Assembly (NCBI GenBank): GCA_037379345.1
Contig: CM074522.1
Location: forward strand, 14,880,001 to 14,944,000
Length of the DNA stretch: 64,000 nucleotides
Reading direction: 5' to 3'
Source: Perna viridis
Lineage: Eukaryota
Shown here in pieces: positions 14,531 to 28,372 of this stretch. Position numbers and translations under genes: made by a program. The first letter of the stretch is position 1; each line of letters starts with the position of its first letter. The notes beneath the pieces are model-generated. The model did not search any database. It saw nothing but the letters and a program-made list of their open reading frames with translations, and was not told the DNA's origin.

Positions 14531-14591
14531 ATGATAAGTTTTGTGGATGTTAGTAAGTGGTTACACCATCATCATCACCATCATAAGAAAG
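14531..14591 (+). CDS. PLEKHG5: Candidate alternative first coding exon with poly-His (MISFVDVSKWLHHHHHHHKK)
   Basis: ATG plus 20 codons and G, with strong donor AAG|gtaagg. Phase 1 matches exon 19695. The His run uses mixed CAC/CAT codons. Confidence 0.55.
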
Positions 14592-14689
14592 GTAAGGGTG
14601 AAGGTCATTGTTGTTCTGAAGAAAGTGTCCTTGTAAAAGCATTGGATATCAAGGATATCTTGTCAACTGTTTGGAACAGATTGATTTTA

Positions 14690-16091
14690 CCTCCATTTGT
14701 TTGCCCAGCAAGATTTTTTGATATAAATAGATGTCTGCATGTATGTCTGTCTATCCTTCATTCTGTATATTTAAGTTTCTAAAGAATCTTTTTCTTCCAA
14801 GATTTAATTTTTCAAAAATGAAAAGTTCAGTTTTTCAGTCATATGAGATTGATGGTCAAGGTTTTAGCCAAGCCCTAAAGAGTTTGGGACAATGTATATA
14901 TCCCACCACATGAAATGGTTAGGTATTATGTGATAATCTCAGAAAAGTTGCATGTATGTATTTCCTGTGATGGTTTCCAGGGAAAAGTCCTAAGTTTGTG
15001 CTTTTTTGTTTTGATTTGTCGAGAAACATGGCCGCTGTTACTAAAACTAGAACATAGGGGTCAGACAGTAGTTTTTCGCATATTAATCTAAAAAACCATT
15101 AGGTTTAGCCAAAGTCTGACATAAAGTAAAAGTGTTCAGCAGATGGGATCTATCTATGATAAAATTTTCATTTTAATGTGAAGCCATGTTAGAGTTATTG
15201 TCCTTTTTAACATTTTTTTTGATATTTTTAATGTTATTTCTTTCAAAAATCTTCTCCTTTAACACTACTTGACCAATTTGGAACCATACTTTGTATGAAT
15301 GTTACTAGGGGTATACTGCATAGAACTGATGTGGGGATTTTTTATCCATTGAAAAACATGGCCCCCGTTACTAAAAATATAACATAGGGATCAGACAGTA
15401 GTTTTTTGCATATTTCAATCTCCAAAATCATTAGGTTAAGCCAAATTTTGATAAGGGAAAAAAGTGTTCAGCATGATGAGATCTATCTGTCGTCAAATTT
15501 TCATTTTAATCTGTTAAGCCATGTTGGAGTTATTGCCCTTTTTTGACGTTTTTTTTTTTTTTGCTATATGTTATGTTATTTCATTAAAAAACTTCTCTTC
15601 TGACACTACTTGACCAATTGGAACCAAAATTGGTATGAATGTTCCCTTGGATATCCTGCATATAACTGATGAGGGAATGTTTTATCCTTTGAAAAACATG
15701 GCTGCCATTACTAAAATAGAACATAGAGGTCAGTCAGACAGTAGTTTATTGCATATATCTCCAAAACCATTAGGTTTAACCACACTCTTTCAATTGCTCA
15801 GATGATCCTTTTTATAAGGCATTCAAAAGTCTTCGGGGATCAAAGTTTTCAGGTGACTCTTTGTAAGAGTTATTGCCCTTGAAAGATGAAAAATGACATT
15901 TTTTTCTACAGTTTTCAGCCAATATCTTGAAAACTTTAATGGATAGAAAGAAACTTTTGATTGATCTTCATAATAAGTCCTACCAAAGTCTTCTTGAGTG
16001 AAAATTGTTGGACAACTCCTTGTTGAATTTATTGCCCTTGAAATACAAACTTTAACCAGGTGAGCGATTAAGGCTCCTTGGAGCTTCTTGT
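14690..16091 (+). mobile_element. Helentron-associated (HINE-like) non-autonomous element with internal ~330-340-bp tandem repeats
   Basis: It has a 5' (GTCT/GTAT) microsatellite seed near 14732 and repeated units starting AAACATGGC...TTACTAAAA near 15024, 15354 and 15694. The 3' end is CAGGTGAGCGAT followed by the short hairpin GGCTCCTTGGAGCT and then T's. The 5' boundary is approximate. Confidence 0.6.
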
Positions 16092-19000
16092 TTTGTTACT
16101 ATGTAGTAAGTCAGCTCTTCAGATTTCATTGGTTTCTGCCACATAGTTTTTGATGGATTTGAAGGAAATTTGTACCAATATATGATTCTTTGACAGAAAA
16201 GACAGATGCTTATTGCTTTGATGGTCAGTCAGTGGTACATAGCTGATGTCATATTGATATTAAAGTTAAGCTATCATGAAACCTTAGGCATTTTTTTATT
16301 ATTATTATTATATTCCTACTCTGAAAGAGAGGGTGGTATACTGTTTTAGCCTTGTCCATGTTTTCGTGAGGACTTAGTTTCATTTCCTTTAATCTATTTG
16401 AAAGCAGGGGTATCACTAGTTAGCCATCACTCACAGAGTTCTTGTTAAAAATTGTTTAACCATTTAACTAAAAAAATAAAAAATACCCAGTATTTGGTCA
16501 TTTTTAACTATTAGTCAATGATCTAAAAATGGAAGTCCCAACTCTAAGTACCGTGTAAATGGAACAAAAGCCTCATGGTGAGGTTAACTAAAGATCAAAG
16601 TCTGTCATTCTAATTATCATAATACAAATAAGTTTTAGAAGCTTTGGTCTGTCTTTCTTTAAGACTAATCAAAATAAAGGTAATAACAAAATTAGCGAAC
16701 TCTTAATTACAAATCAAAAAGACATATTGAATAACACACAAACTTAGGCAAAGTCATGAATAATTCAGAAAAATGAAAATAGCCTCTTCAGGCAGTTCAA
16801 AGTGAAATGGTGGTATAGGTTATATTATAAGCTAGCCAAACCTCCTGCAAATCCATAGTGGCCATATGAGGTCTGATTTAGGTTTGTGTTGATTATAAAA
16901 AAAAATAGACAAAAAAAAAAAATATATATTAGTAAAACAGTAGTCAACTCAGTTTTAGACTAAATGACAGTTAAGCTCTTTCTTCTGAATTGTTTATGGT
17001 AGTGTATTCTTCTTGCATTTATTTCTTACTTGGCAGATCTTTGAAATTGAAAAACATTGTAAATATTGTTTATAGATATTTGGTGGGTGAACAATTAAAA
17101 CCTTTTTTTATAAATACTTGAAGTATAATGATGGACTGTGTGAATAACAGGTTCATATATTTAACAATATTTCTGGTATTTAAAAGTATTATTATGGTCT
17201 TGAGATGTGTAAATCTTCTCTTCAAGGTCATTTGGAGGTTATTCAGATCACAAAAGTATTACATGTAAGGATAAAATATAAACCCTATATATATTCTGGT
17301 AAATAGCTTACTGATAACTTCATTTGATCAGACAACATGGGTACAAATTTATATAAAGACACAGAAGTAGTTATTTTTTTATTTCATAAACACCTTATTA
17401 TAAGTTGTATACTTTTAGATCATGGGGGAACAGGGGTTAAAATTCACTTTGAAGAGTGAAAAGTCGTGGGACTTTTTTACATCCTAAATGGAAGGTCCAC
17501 CTAAAGAAAATGAAGGTCCATGATTAGAGTAAATGTAAAGTACAGTCCAGGACTTAGGTACATAAGATTCAATGGTCAGATATCATGAATGAAGGGGAAC
17601 TGTACCTTGGACCAGCTCTTATTAGAACCCCTAGTGAAAAAAGGGTGGTGTAGGGAGGCAAGATGGAAGCTTGAAAAAGTTCTGTATCTCCCAATAAAAC
17701 TTTTTTTAACTCATTTAGCAAAGTATTTAAGAAGTAAAAGATTCCAGCTGTTGGGAGACTATACAACTACAAATTAAGACACGTTTTTTTTTCTTTTTTT
17801 TTTGTATTTATTTTTAAAAAGCAGGAAGTTTTACAGTGGGACTTTAGGAATGGACCAAAAAGTCAATATCTAGAACATCTGTTTGTCAAACAGCTGTTTA
17901 TAGCAATTACATAACCAGGTATCTTCCTAAGATCAATTAAACAATTGAATAAGATCTGTCTTAAGATTATCGCTAAGTAGCCCAAGGGCAATAACTCTAC
18001 TTGTAATCTAATGATGAACATTTCACACCTGAACAAGATTTTATACCTGTAATTTCCCCTGTCCTGGGGACTACCTGTAATTTTGTCACCTGAATAAAAT
18101 GTGTAATTAAGGGGGAAGGCAAGTTGGTCATAATAGATTTGTCAAAATTTTAAAACTCGTCCAGTAGGTCTTAGTAGGTTCTCTTTTGTTGTGAAATTAT
18201 CTGTGAATATAATTATGAGGGAGTTGTGGTAAGTTAAGTCTATTTTAATGATGTTCAGAATTTCCAAGTTTGATTTCAGTTCATTTTCTATAGTGACAAA
18301 TGTAGATGTAAAGCTACAGTGTAGCACATTTGTATATTTTTTGAATTTTTTCACATTCACCACTTTGATGTTCCAGTTTAAGGACAGACTTACAGACCTG
18401 TGAATTGTTAGAGTATAGGACCTAAGAATTTTGATTTTTCAGTAAGAATTCTGTGGATAATTGCTTGTATTTTTTTTCAAGATTTGACTTCTGGATATAT
18501 TTCTTTGAATATTTTTACTTATTAATGGTACCAATGGATTAGTGCATATTTATAGATTGACAGTCATGAACTTCTACAATGGCAAATATAATTCAGGGAT
18601 GGATCCAAGTTTTCAAGTTAGAGGGGAATGTAGGTTGCGAAGCAGGACAAGGCTATAAATTTTGAAGATATGTTCTCTGAAACCTCAGTTCTTATGAAGA
18701 TGATTTTTCATCACTTAGTATCTGGTTTTATAAGGCCTAATAAAGTATTATTTGCAATTTCATTTTTCATTTCTTTTTTTTTTTTTTACATTACCTCAAA
18801 TAGAAATCAATTTGTTTTGAGTAACTTTGCTTTGTAAAGATATACATGCATTATGGTCCAGGTAATGTGTCGATCCCTGATATATGATACAGTCGGATCC
18901 TTCCAAATATAGTATGGAACATTATTTGTACAAGTTTTGCTGAATTAATGTTGCTCTAAAAATAATTTACACATTCATTTTCCCTTTTTTTTACTGTGTC

Positions 19001-19381
19001 TTTACTTGCTTCACTTATTCCAGTCTTAGCCAAACTAATTCTACTGATCATTATCATCCCACTTCTGACATTTTAGTATTTTTTGCCGATATTCATTAGG
19101 GGTTTAACTTGTACAATATTTTTCAGTTATCCCAAGATAGGTAACTCAGTTTTATCATTTTCTTTTTATGTGGACTTGATTCTAAAGACTTGTTACATTT
19201 CCATGTTATATCTTATATGTTATGACTGCTTTTTGACTTGACCTCAAAACTTTTCATTAAAATAGCAAGTCCAGCTGCATGTATCAGTATGGTCAGTTAA
19301 CATAACTAGATTGATGTTTGTCTTCTTAAAAGTCCTTCCCTGGTATTTCCAGTAATTTGTTCAAAAAATTTGGGAAAAAAC

Positions 19382-19536
19382 TACCTGTACCTGCAGAGGC
19401 ATTGGCAAGGCATGTTCAGTGAGACCAAGGTACCTGTACATATAGAGGCATTGGCAAGGCATGTTCTGTGAGACCAAGGTACCTGTACATATAGAGGCAT
19501 TGGCAAGGCATGTTCTGTGAGACCAAGGTACCTGTA
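19382..19536. repeat. 49-bp minisatellite, about 3 copies
   Basis: AGAGGCATTGGCAAGGCATGTTC.GTGAGACCAAGGTACCTGTACATAT starts at 19395, 19444 and 19493. Confidence 0.95.
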
Positions 19537-19694
19537 AGAGTCTTGCATATGTAAATAAGTTTTGTATATGATATATGAGCACATGTTCATGTATTCCAAT
19601 ACCATTTGAATTTGAAAATGTTTTTATTTTAATTTGTGTATGTTATTTTGAAACACTAAATTCATTTGTTCAGTTATTTTTAATTTATTTTCAG

Positions 19695-19777
19695 GAGGAC
19701 AGTCTGATGAAGATAAAACTTCTGGAATGTTGTCCTGTCAGAGTAGAGATTGTAAGGAAAGGAAGTTAGCAGTCAGG
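19695..19777 (+). CDS. PLEKHG5: PLEKHG5-like exon, first half of the Cys/His-rich N-terminal region (GGQSDEDKTSGMLSCQSRDCKERKLAVR)
   Basis: Acceptor atttattttcag and donor AGG|gtaggt, phase 1 to 0. The CxxxxC motif joins VCHHPDC, as recalled for vertebrate PLEKHG5 long isoforms (CQNPDC...KVCHHADC). Confidence 0.8.
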
Positions 19778-22700
19778 GTAGGTAACTCTTTATTCAGGAG
19801 ATGAAAATCGCTTGTCGCAGGTCTCACTAACTACTTCCGGGGTCAAAAGGCTACCCCCTATGTAGTACCAAAAACACATTTAACATAAATCTATGCATTG
19901 TAAGTGCATTATGTGTGTGTATTCTGATCAAAAGTAGTCAAAACAAAGCTGAGAATGTGAACTTTAAAATAATATTGTTTAGATGTGTGAGTAATTTGCC
20001 TCCATGCTGTCAGTTAGTGGAAAAGGTAAAAATGTGGATTTTCAGTATTATTTATTCAAGTAAATTTTGTGAAGAATTTTCATGATCATTGTACCATTAG
20101 CATAATAATATAAAAGCTTTATTTTCCAAGCTATGGAATGGTATGCAACTTTAAGATGTCATTTGTCCTGGGAATTCACAATGAAGCTTTGAAAATTATG
20201 TTTTTAGCATGTAAAGTAATGAAAACATTAGAAGTGGTTAGTGAGACCATAGGCTATCTCTTCCATACATTTATAGCAACTTCTTGATTTGCTATGTGTT
20301 ACTCCCTTAGTTTAATATTACCACTGCTATCTAGGATGTGAATATTTTTGCAAGCAATCATTACAAGCAAACAAGGCTGTTCCTTGCAGTGTACTATACA
20401 GAATCACATGAAAAAGTGGTTATTAGTGTTGGAGTGTAAAAGCTTCAAATAATAGAGAATGAACTTACATGTAGAGAATGGTTGATCATCAGGGGAGGGA
20501 ATTCCTATCTCATTTGGAGAAATGAAATGCCATGGGAGGAAACTCTTATGTCATAAATATTATGACTTGAAGGAAACTCTTAAGAAATGAATTGTTGGTG
20601 TCGTTATAAGTTCATTATAAGTTTATTAGTGATGGCTATTTCAGTGTTATGGTATATTTCTTCATTGTTAGGGAATTGGTAAGCATCGAAAGGTATGAAT
20701 AAGTTCTTATTGATATTGAGGTCCATGTTTGGCGTCGTATGTGGTACCATAAAATTAAGTAGTCCATTGGCGTCAGATGAAAAAGAAGCAAGAAAAATAA
20801 GAGGATGTAAACGTGATAAGTGCAAATTTTATTTTTTTTGTTTATTCCGAATTCATATTTAAATGTATGATGCCTGAATTAATCCAGGTTAATATTTGAT
20901 TTTAAAAAAAATTATTATTTTATCTACTGGAAAATTGTATGTGACAAAATCACCAACAAACATTGATAGTATCTTGTAAAATGATCATCAGAAATAATTC
21001 TCAACCTCTTGTAATGTGTTTGGTCCATTGATATCAAAGATCTAAGATAGCCATGGTTCTTTGATCAAAGTAGAGTTATAGGACTTGATCAATCTTAGCT
21101 GACAAGATTAATGCAAAATTACCGTGATATATGATGTCTTGAATGATTTCTGGACTGAAATTTATGAATTTAAACTACATGATTAGAAAGATTTTGCATA
21201 ATTTTTATTTCTTTATGGCATAGGTGTCAAAGAGCCACATAAAACTTTAAAGGTCCTTTTCTTCTCTTTTTTGCCAGTTTTTAAAATCTCCATCATCTTT
21301 TAAAAAAATTGCATTTATTTTTCTTTTTTTTTGTGAGTCATTGTCTTTTTTCCATTCTGGGTCAGCCAAACAATTTGCTTCTGTGGTCAAGCTTGTAACA
21401 ATGCCTGGAAAGAGAATTAACCAAGAAACTGATGTATGAATTATGTATCGATTTGTCTGCCATAATTTTACGCTTTACAGACAGGGATAAAGGATGGAAA
21501 ATGGACACATGTGGCTTTAATTGGCAATTAAACTCATGAATCTTGATGATTAACTCAAGTACAAATGGCGGAACCTTTAAACTCAGGACAGGAACTGTTG
21601 ACACACTCCTATGATTTCAGCTAAAATATTAATGATTACTATCATCAAAACATAGTACAAATCCTTTAAACTGACTTATTTTGAATGAAATGGGGAAAAA
21701 AGATCATACATATAAATATATTTCCCATTCTATTAGCATGTGATGTTAGACTTAATTAAGTAGCAGTCTTTATGGAAAAAAAAGATAGGAGATGACTCAT
21801 GCATGTCAAAAACCCACTGAATTTACTTTAATTTCTTATGCAGAAACAGTTGCAGACCACATAACTAGTCTTTGTTTGTCATTTGGTTGTTGCACTATAT
21901 GGAGTTGGCATTTTGCAGGAGTTATTGTTCTTGATTTGGTTGATTTTAGTGGGAGATTGGTGTGTGGTTTTCTCAAAAATACAGATCAAAAGACCGATAG
22001 GACTACCCTTACGTAAAAATATAACATGTAGAACAAAAAATAGCATTTGTTCAGTGGATTTTTCTGCACCATGAATCACCTCTATTATAGGTAGTAACTA
22101 AATTTTGTATGGGCTGGTACTTCATACCTTATGCAAATGAAGTTGTGAGTAAATGATACATTTTTTGTCCCTCCATTCCGTATTTAGAATTATCCTAATA
22201 ATCATCGAAGGATCAAGAACCTTCAATGGGAAATGACCAAACATCCTGATAGGTCTATGCAGAATTTACTTGCATTCTAATAAGCTAGACATAGCAAGTG
22301 GATGGTTTATATGGCTTTGCTCCAGTAGTTTTGGTGTGTTTTTTTCTCTGGGTACAGATTATGCCATTAAGGATTTATATTTAGCTTTAAATTCTATATG
22401 AAATATATAAGGTGAGAGGTGTTCTAGTCTTGATTCCAAGTAGTTTCATCATTGAATTTTTTCATTACAAAGACTGCACAGATGCACCATAATTCAACTC
22501 ATATAGGCTCTTATGTTCTGAATGCCTGCAGCAAAGAAAGGGATTTATAATAATGATACATTATAACAACAAAGCAGTGTGAAAACTTGTAAATTTCAGT
22601 AACAAAAAATGAAATATAATCCTCTGAAAATATATAATATAAACAGCCATAGAAATTACTGAAAGGTTATTTAAATCATAATTTTATTAGTTTCAGATTT

Positions 22701-23724
22701 ATGCTAATAAGATGAAAATCTTTTGAAAAGGACAAATTGGGGTACACAGGAGGACTTTCATAAACTTATGAAAATACAACATTTTATGACAGGGGTATAT
22801 AGTTTTCTGTAAATCTACACAATTATTTATGTACACAGAGACCTTGTAAACTGAGACCTATCTTTGATGTTATTCACAGAGGGGACATAAATATAGAAAT
22901 AAAACACACAAGAGCAAAACTATTGGCTTTTCTTTTTTAAAATTTGTGATATCTGTTAAATGTGAAGATTGTAAAGTCATTTTTCTTTTTTTTTTTTGAG
23001 TGGGGGGGGGGGGGAATTAATGTACTTTATTTATGGGGCGGTTAGAGGATCATGAAAAGAAAAGGGTACCTTGTTATATTCAATGCAAAATTTTGAATGT
23101 ACTGTAAAAAAAAACAAAACAAAACAAAATAAAACAAACTTTTGAAAATTTGGACATGCATTCGCCCATGATATCAGTCCCGTAGTATCAATCTTCTTGT
23201 ATAACAGAAGATATACCGAAAATTTTGTATCCATGAAAATGACCTGGTATATGGTATTCTTACCCTCATTTTCTGGAACACGATGGTTTCCAGGCACTAG
23301 TGTCTTTCCTGTGATATGTGTGTAATGTTAGATTAGATAGCTGATGATGGATGCTGTGCATCAAAAAACATAAATTTAATTTATTGATGTGTTTATAGAC
23401 AGACAGACAACAAACTAAGGTTGATAAATGAGGTTGATACCATCGTTTAGTCTGAAATATGTAACAGGTTTCAAGAAGTCAAGTTTCTACCTAATATAAA
23501 AGCAGTGGCACTTTAACAAGTAGATACAAATGACAATAGATATTATAAAATTTACAGTGCTTTCATTGGTATATTTGGAAGTTTATGAGTTGTTTTCGTA
23601 GTGATATTTCTGTAGCTGCATGTTTGTTCAGTGGCTTTAAAACAGTCTGTAAATCACTTTTTACCAATGTTTAGGCCAAAAAAATAAATCCTTGTTACCA
23701 AGGACTTTAATCCCACTGTATTTT

Positions 23725-23998
23725 ATTTTGCCTGTCCCAAGTTAGGAATTTCTGGTCCCTGTATGTCTTGTTATGCTTTCACCTTTACTTTATTGTTATG
23801 ATACTTCAGTATATATGGCCAAGTATTTTGCTATACCTGTGCATACTGTTGTTTTAGGACTAGTTGCAGCCTGTCCTGTGGTGTGAGGATTTCCATCGTT
23901 GTTCATTGATAGTCTATGGGTGGCCTTATGCTAACATTTTTTATCCCAGTGGGGCTGTTGTCTCTTTGACATATTTACTATTTCCATTCTCATTAAAT
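23725..23998. repeat. Dispersed repeat, degraded copy 2
   Basis: Colinear similarity to 11300-11570. Confidence 0.7.
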
Positions 23999-25591
23999 TT
24001 AAGCTGCTTTAGCCATAAATGACCATAATTTTTTTTTTTAAAATAGGATAGACATATATTTATTTAGCCTTATATAGATATGGGTGTAGCGCTTTATTGT
24101 GTGTTTTATTGATCCATCTCAATAGGTCATTTACATGATAGAATATTTACTTTAAAATATATCATAAATACAAACATAACACACAGAAATCTCTTCCTGC
24201 GCTGCCGTTAGTCATAGATTGTTTAGTATAAATATTTATCTTCTATTATAAATACAAACAAGTGTTTTGTGGACTAATTAACAATTTAAAAAAATTGTAT
24301 GAATGGACACAAAATGTATTTAACAGCGGGGAATATAGATTAAGACGTATTGTAACAATGGAAAATAGATGGTAGAGTTTTAAGTACAAACAAGCTTCAG
24401 GTTTTAATGTCCATGAGGTGGAAAACAGGTTTGCTTTTTTGGGGATTGAATCATTTTAAGTCAGTGTGAAACGGAAGGGTTTTACTCTATTATACAACTT
24501 TCAATAGCTCTTTTGAGCCTTTATTACTCATGTGGAACCACTTTAGATTTATCCCATTCAAAGAAGTAAACCATGTAATTGAACGAGCTTTGGACGATTA
24601 GTAAAATTTTCGTTAAAATTACAGGTGCATCAGTTTTCGGTTGAATCGGACAATTATGTTACATTTTCTTCAATTTATCATCATTACAAGATAGATGAGC
24701 ACTAAATTGAATAGCTATGCTTCTGTGATCGACAAAAATTTTACAGTTGGATATATATTCGATATGTTAAATAATTTGAAAGGGATGGTAGATTGATTTG
24801 TAGTATTTTCTATAGATTTATTGGTGAGGTCTTGAACATCTGTGTGTCGTTTAATTATAATTTGAACATTGGGATATATATTGACAACTTACAAAGTGGT
24901 GATTTTTAAAATGTTTTTTCTCTCTGGATAATATGTGACTTAATTTGAGATCTCGAAGATGTATGAAGGCGTTTATTTTGAAATTTGAGGAATTTTGTCC
25001 AGTTGGAATATCGGTTGTATTCAATCATAAAGCTTGAAAGAAGGATGTAGTCAGACATAAAAGAGCATCTTAATAACATTATTGTGAATCAGAACAAAGA
25101 TTTTTTCTGTCAGCTGCCGGATTTAATGATGTCTGATGAGAGTACTTTTATATGTACTAGAAAAGTTTAATCTTAAGGAAGAAATCCTTCATTCTGCTGT
25201 CTGCTCTCCATGACTTACATGTACCTGTAGTTTCTGAAAGGTTAAATATCAAACTGATAATATTAGAAGATCCTTCATGATTGCATTACATTTTCACAGC
25301 AACCATGGAGTGTTGACATTCTTGTAAAAATGGTTATCATACCTTTTATGAAAAAATCTTCCTATGTATAAGTTTGAATTGACAGTCTAGATTACACCTC
25401 AATGAGGAAATATTAAAAGGAGATAAACTCGTCCAAATCATTCTTTTCTCTTGTTGAAGGAGAGTGTCACTTGCTAGCTCAATAGAAGAAAAAAAAAACA
25501 TAGTTTCTATTACTAACTCAGCTATTTGTTGACAGTTAGAAGTAAGAGATCTAGGACAACTCCATTTGCATGAATCGAAGTTGAACAAAAA

Positions 25592-25777
25592 CGAGTTGTT
25601 GATGATTCTCAATGATGAACAAAGCCTGTTGTTCACCTGTAGAAGTTGAACACAGGCGAGTTGTTGATGATTCTCAATGATGAATAAAGCCTGTTGTTGA
25701 TGATTCTCAATGATGAACAAAGGCGAGTTGTTGGTGATTCTCTATGATGAATAAAGCCTGTTGTTCACCTGTAGAAG
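25592..25777. repeat. Compound tandem repeat
   Basis: GTTGTTGATGATTCTCAATGATGAA.AAAG occurs four times, twice followed by CCTGTTGTTCACCTGTAGAAG. Confidence 0.9.
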
Positions 25778-27127
25778 AGGACATTGTCATTGTTAACAGG
25801 AATATTGGTAATGCATGACTATTTACACTCTCACAGATAACTTTTAACTGGAACCAAAAGACATGGATTTTTCATACTTTCTGAAAACCTTCTGGTCCAT
25901 TAATATTTGATATTGGGTTGGTATAATTGATCAATCAGTTGTAATTAGCTGACAGACAACTATTGCACTGTAAGTTCTTAGATTGTTATTGGAGTTAAGT
26001 TTTTGTATTCTGAGGTTGGCAAACCAGTTAGAATATATGATAAATTAACTATACACGGATCTAAATTCAAGAAGTTCTGATGTTACAAATACTATAGAGT
26101 TCAGGATGCCATTATTTGGAGGACATTAACTTTCAGCATAAAGATTCCTGGGAGGAATTGGTCTTTCTGGACAACAAGTATAAAGATAAATACTGTGGGA
26201 TTACTTCATATTCATCCAAAGCATTTGCTTCAAGAATATTCATATGATTTGTACAGGTGAAACAAAAATTTGACGGAAAAACCTGACCAGCTCCATATTA
26301 TTATAAACCCTAATCCTTTGAGGATGTTTGTGAATGTCCTTACTATTTTTAAATGAGTTACTGTCAGCGTAGGTGGTAATGGTAGTCTAAGAAAATTATT
26401 CATAATTTCTTTTTTTTTTTTGACTTCAGTTTTTTTGATAATATAGGTTAATTGAATTTTTCTATTCAATGAAAAATGGTTCTGAACTATTGTTGCAATA
26501 AGGAGACATTTAACTGGTTTGTAAGTAGTTCTACATTGAATTCACATCTTTAATGTGAAGTTGAACAGGCATGCTTTGGACTCAACACTTAAGATGTTTG
26601 AATACATATTTGACAGAAAATTGATGATGTTTTGACAAGTTTAATTTTGTAAACTTAAAGCGAAGGATTTAAATAGTCTCAGTTGTGGAAGCACTTTTCC
26701 AAAGAATAGCGGAACTTTGTTGACATTTAATAGTCAAGTCATCAACAGATTTGTGTTGACAGTATTGTATTTCCAGAATTCTTTTGTTTGGGAGTAAGTG
26801 GTCATTTTAGGAGTTTGACCAAGGAAGATTTAAATCCATTGATATTTAATACTGGTCACCTCCCTCTAATTAGGATGTGTAATTTGACTCCTAAAGCTTG
26901 ATTAACAGCTTATTGGGAGCTTGCAGTAAAACATTCAATTGAACAGGATTTGACCTGGATATAATGTAAACTTAACCAGATGTGGATTACTAAAAGGGGA
27001 CATAAACTTTTTTGTAATCCTTGTGTTTTTTAAGCTGGATTAAAACAACACAAGGAATTTTAATCTATGACATAACACATGTGTAGTAAAAAACTATAGA
27101 GTTTTGTTCACTGGAAGATACAACAAC

Positions 27128-28372
27128 ATGCCTCGAAAAAAAAATCAAAAAGCCAAAATATTAGCCAGACAGGTTTCCGCACCAGAACTTAAAACTGAGA
27201 AGTCTAGAAAAAAGAAAAAGACTTCACCTGTGGCTTCTCCAAAGGATGTTGATAAATATGACTATGATGCTGATCAGGAAACGTCAAAAAAGTCAAATAG
27301 CCGACCGACTTCACCATTGCCGTTCTTCATGCCGATTCTAGAGTATGGATTTTCTTGGCCGAGAAGAAAAAGTCCATTTAGGTCATCAAGTAGTGAGAAT
27401 TCTAAAAATGTGGTAAGTCCAGTATCATCACCTGATAGTGGCTTTCCAGGCTCGCCATGTCAGGTGGTACCATCAGAGGAAATCAATGGGGTAGACACTG
27501 GGAATACCGACTCATCAGGCGGAATTCTCTCTTCTGATACTGATGTCAGTGACAAGGAGAGTACTGAACTAGATAATGTGATAGCATCTCTTGACAATAT
27601 TATAGAACAAGAGGAGACAGATGAAGAAGTCGATGAAAGTGAGGTAAATAACTCTCAGTTTAGAGAAGAAAATAGTAATGAAATTCTTTTAGCAGACGAC
27701 ACTTCATTTCAAAGAGGAGTAAAGGATGATATCATTTTTGAAGAGGAAGAGGACCAAATTGATATAAATGGCAATCAGCAGTCTGTATCTTGTAAAAGAT
27801 GCAAAGTAGAAGAACATTATGAACAGGAATTGGAAAAAGGTACATTTCTTAGACATCCAAGGAATGAAGCATTTTCTATCAAAAACTTCAAAGTTAAAGA
27901 TTTGATTTTGGATTTTGAAAAGAGAAACAGTGGAGATGATAATGTGTTCATGAATGAGGAAAATGAGAAAGAATCATTACTTTCAAGCACTGAAGAATTA
28001 GAGGAACTTCAGACTGTCTCAAAACCTGATCTCAAACAAAAACGTCTTTGTGTTAAAAGTCTCAGCACAACATCTTTAGTAAATCAAAGTGACAACAGTC
28101 ACCCAGAACTGACTAAAAGTAACAGCGCAAATTCATTACGACCCTTAAGTCCTATCATAAAAGATGGAAAGGGTTCACATTCTGGGAAGAAGGTTCGGTT
28201 CATGATTGACCCACAAATGAAGAAATCCATTAGTTGCGATGTTTTAGGGACTCCTGACAAAGGAGAGTTCCATGAATGGGAAATAACTGTAAAAGAAATT
28301 GACATTCCCCATAAAACAACTGATGGGGATGAGAAAATTAATTGCCCAGTGAGAAATAGTTTTGAAATTAAG
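27128..28372 (+). CDS. PLEKHG5: Large alternative first coding exon (415 codons; basic N-terminus, then Ser/Asp/Glu-rich and probably disordered)
   Basis: This is the only long ORF in the window. It starts aacATG (MPRKKNQK...) and ends at strong donor AAG|gtaaga, four codons before the stop. Phase 0 matches the acceptor at 30539. Confidence 0.8.

Noticed and set aside
19361-19605. Minus-strand ORFs here, and similar ones at 25346-25720 and 41989-42186
   Set aside because: They are by-products of tandem repeats.
25134-25185. Hammerhead-like core CTGATGA-G-AGTAC/GTACT-A-GAAA
   Set aside because: The stem II closing pair is a G-A mismatch and no stem I can be formed in any permutation, so it is probably chance.
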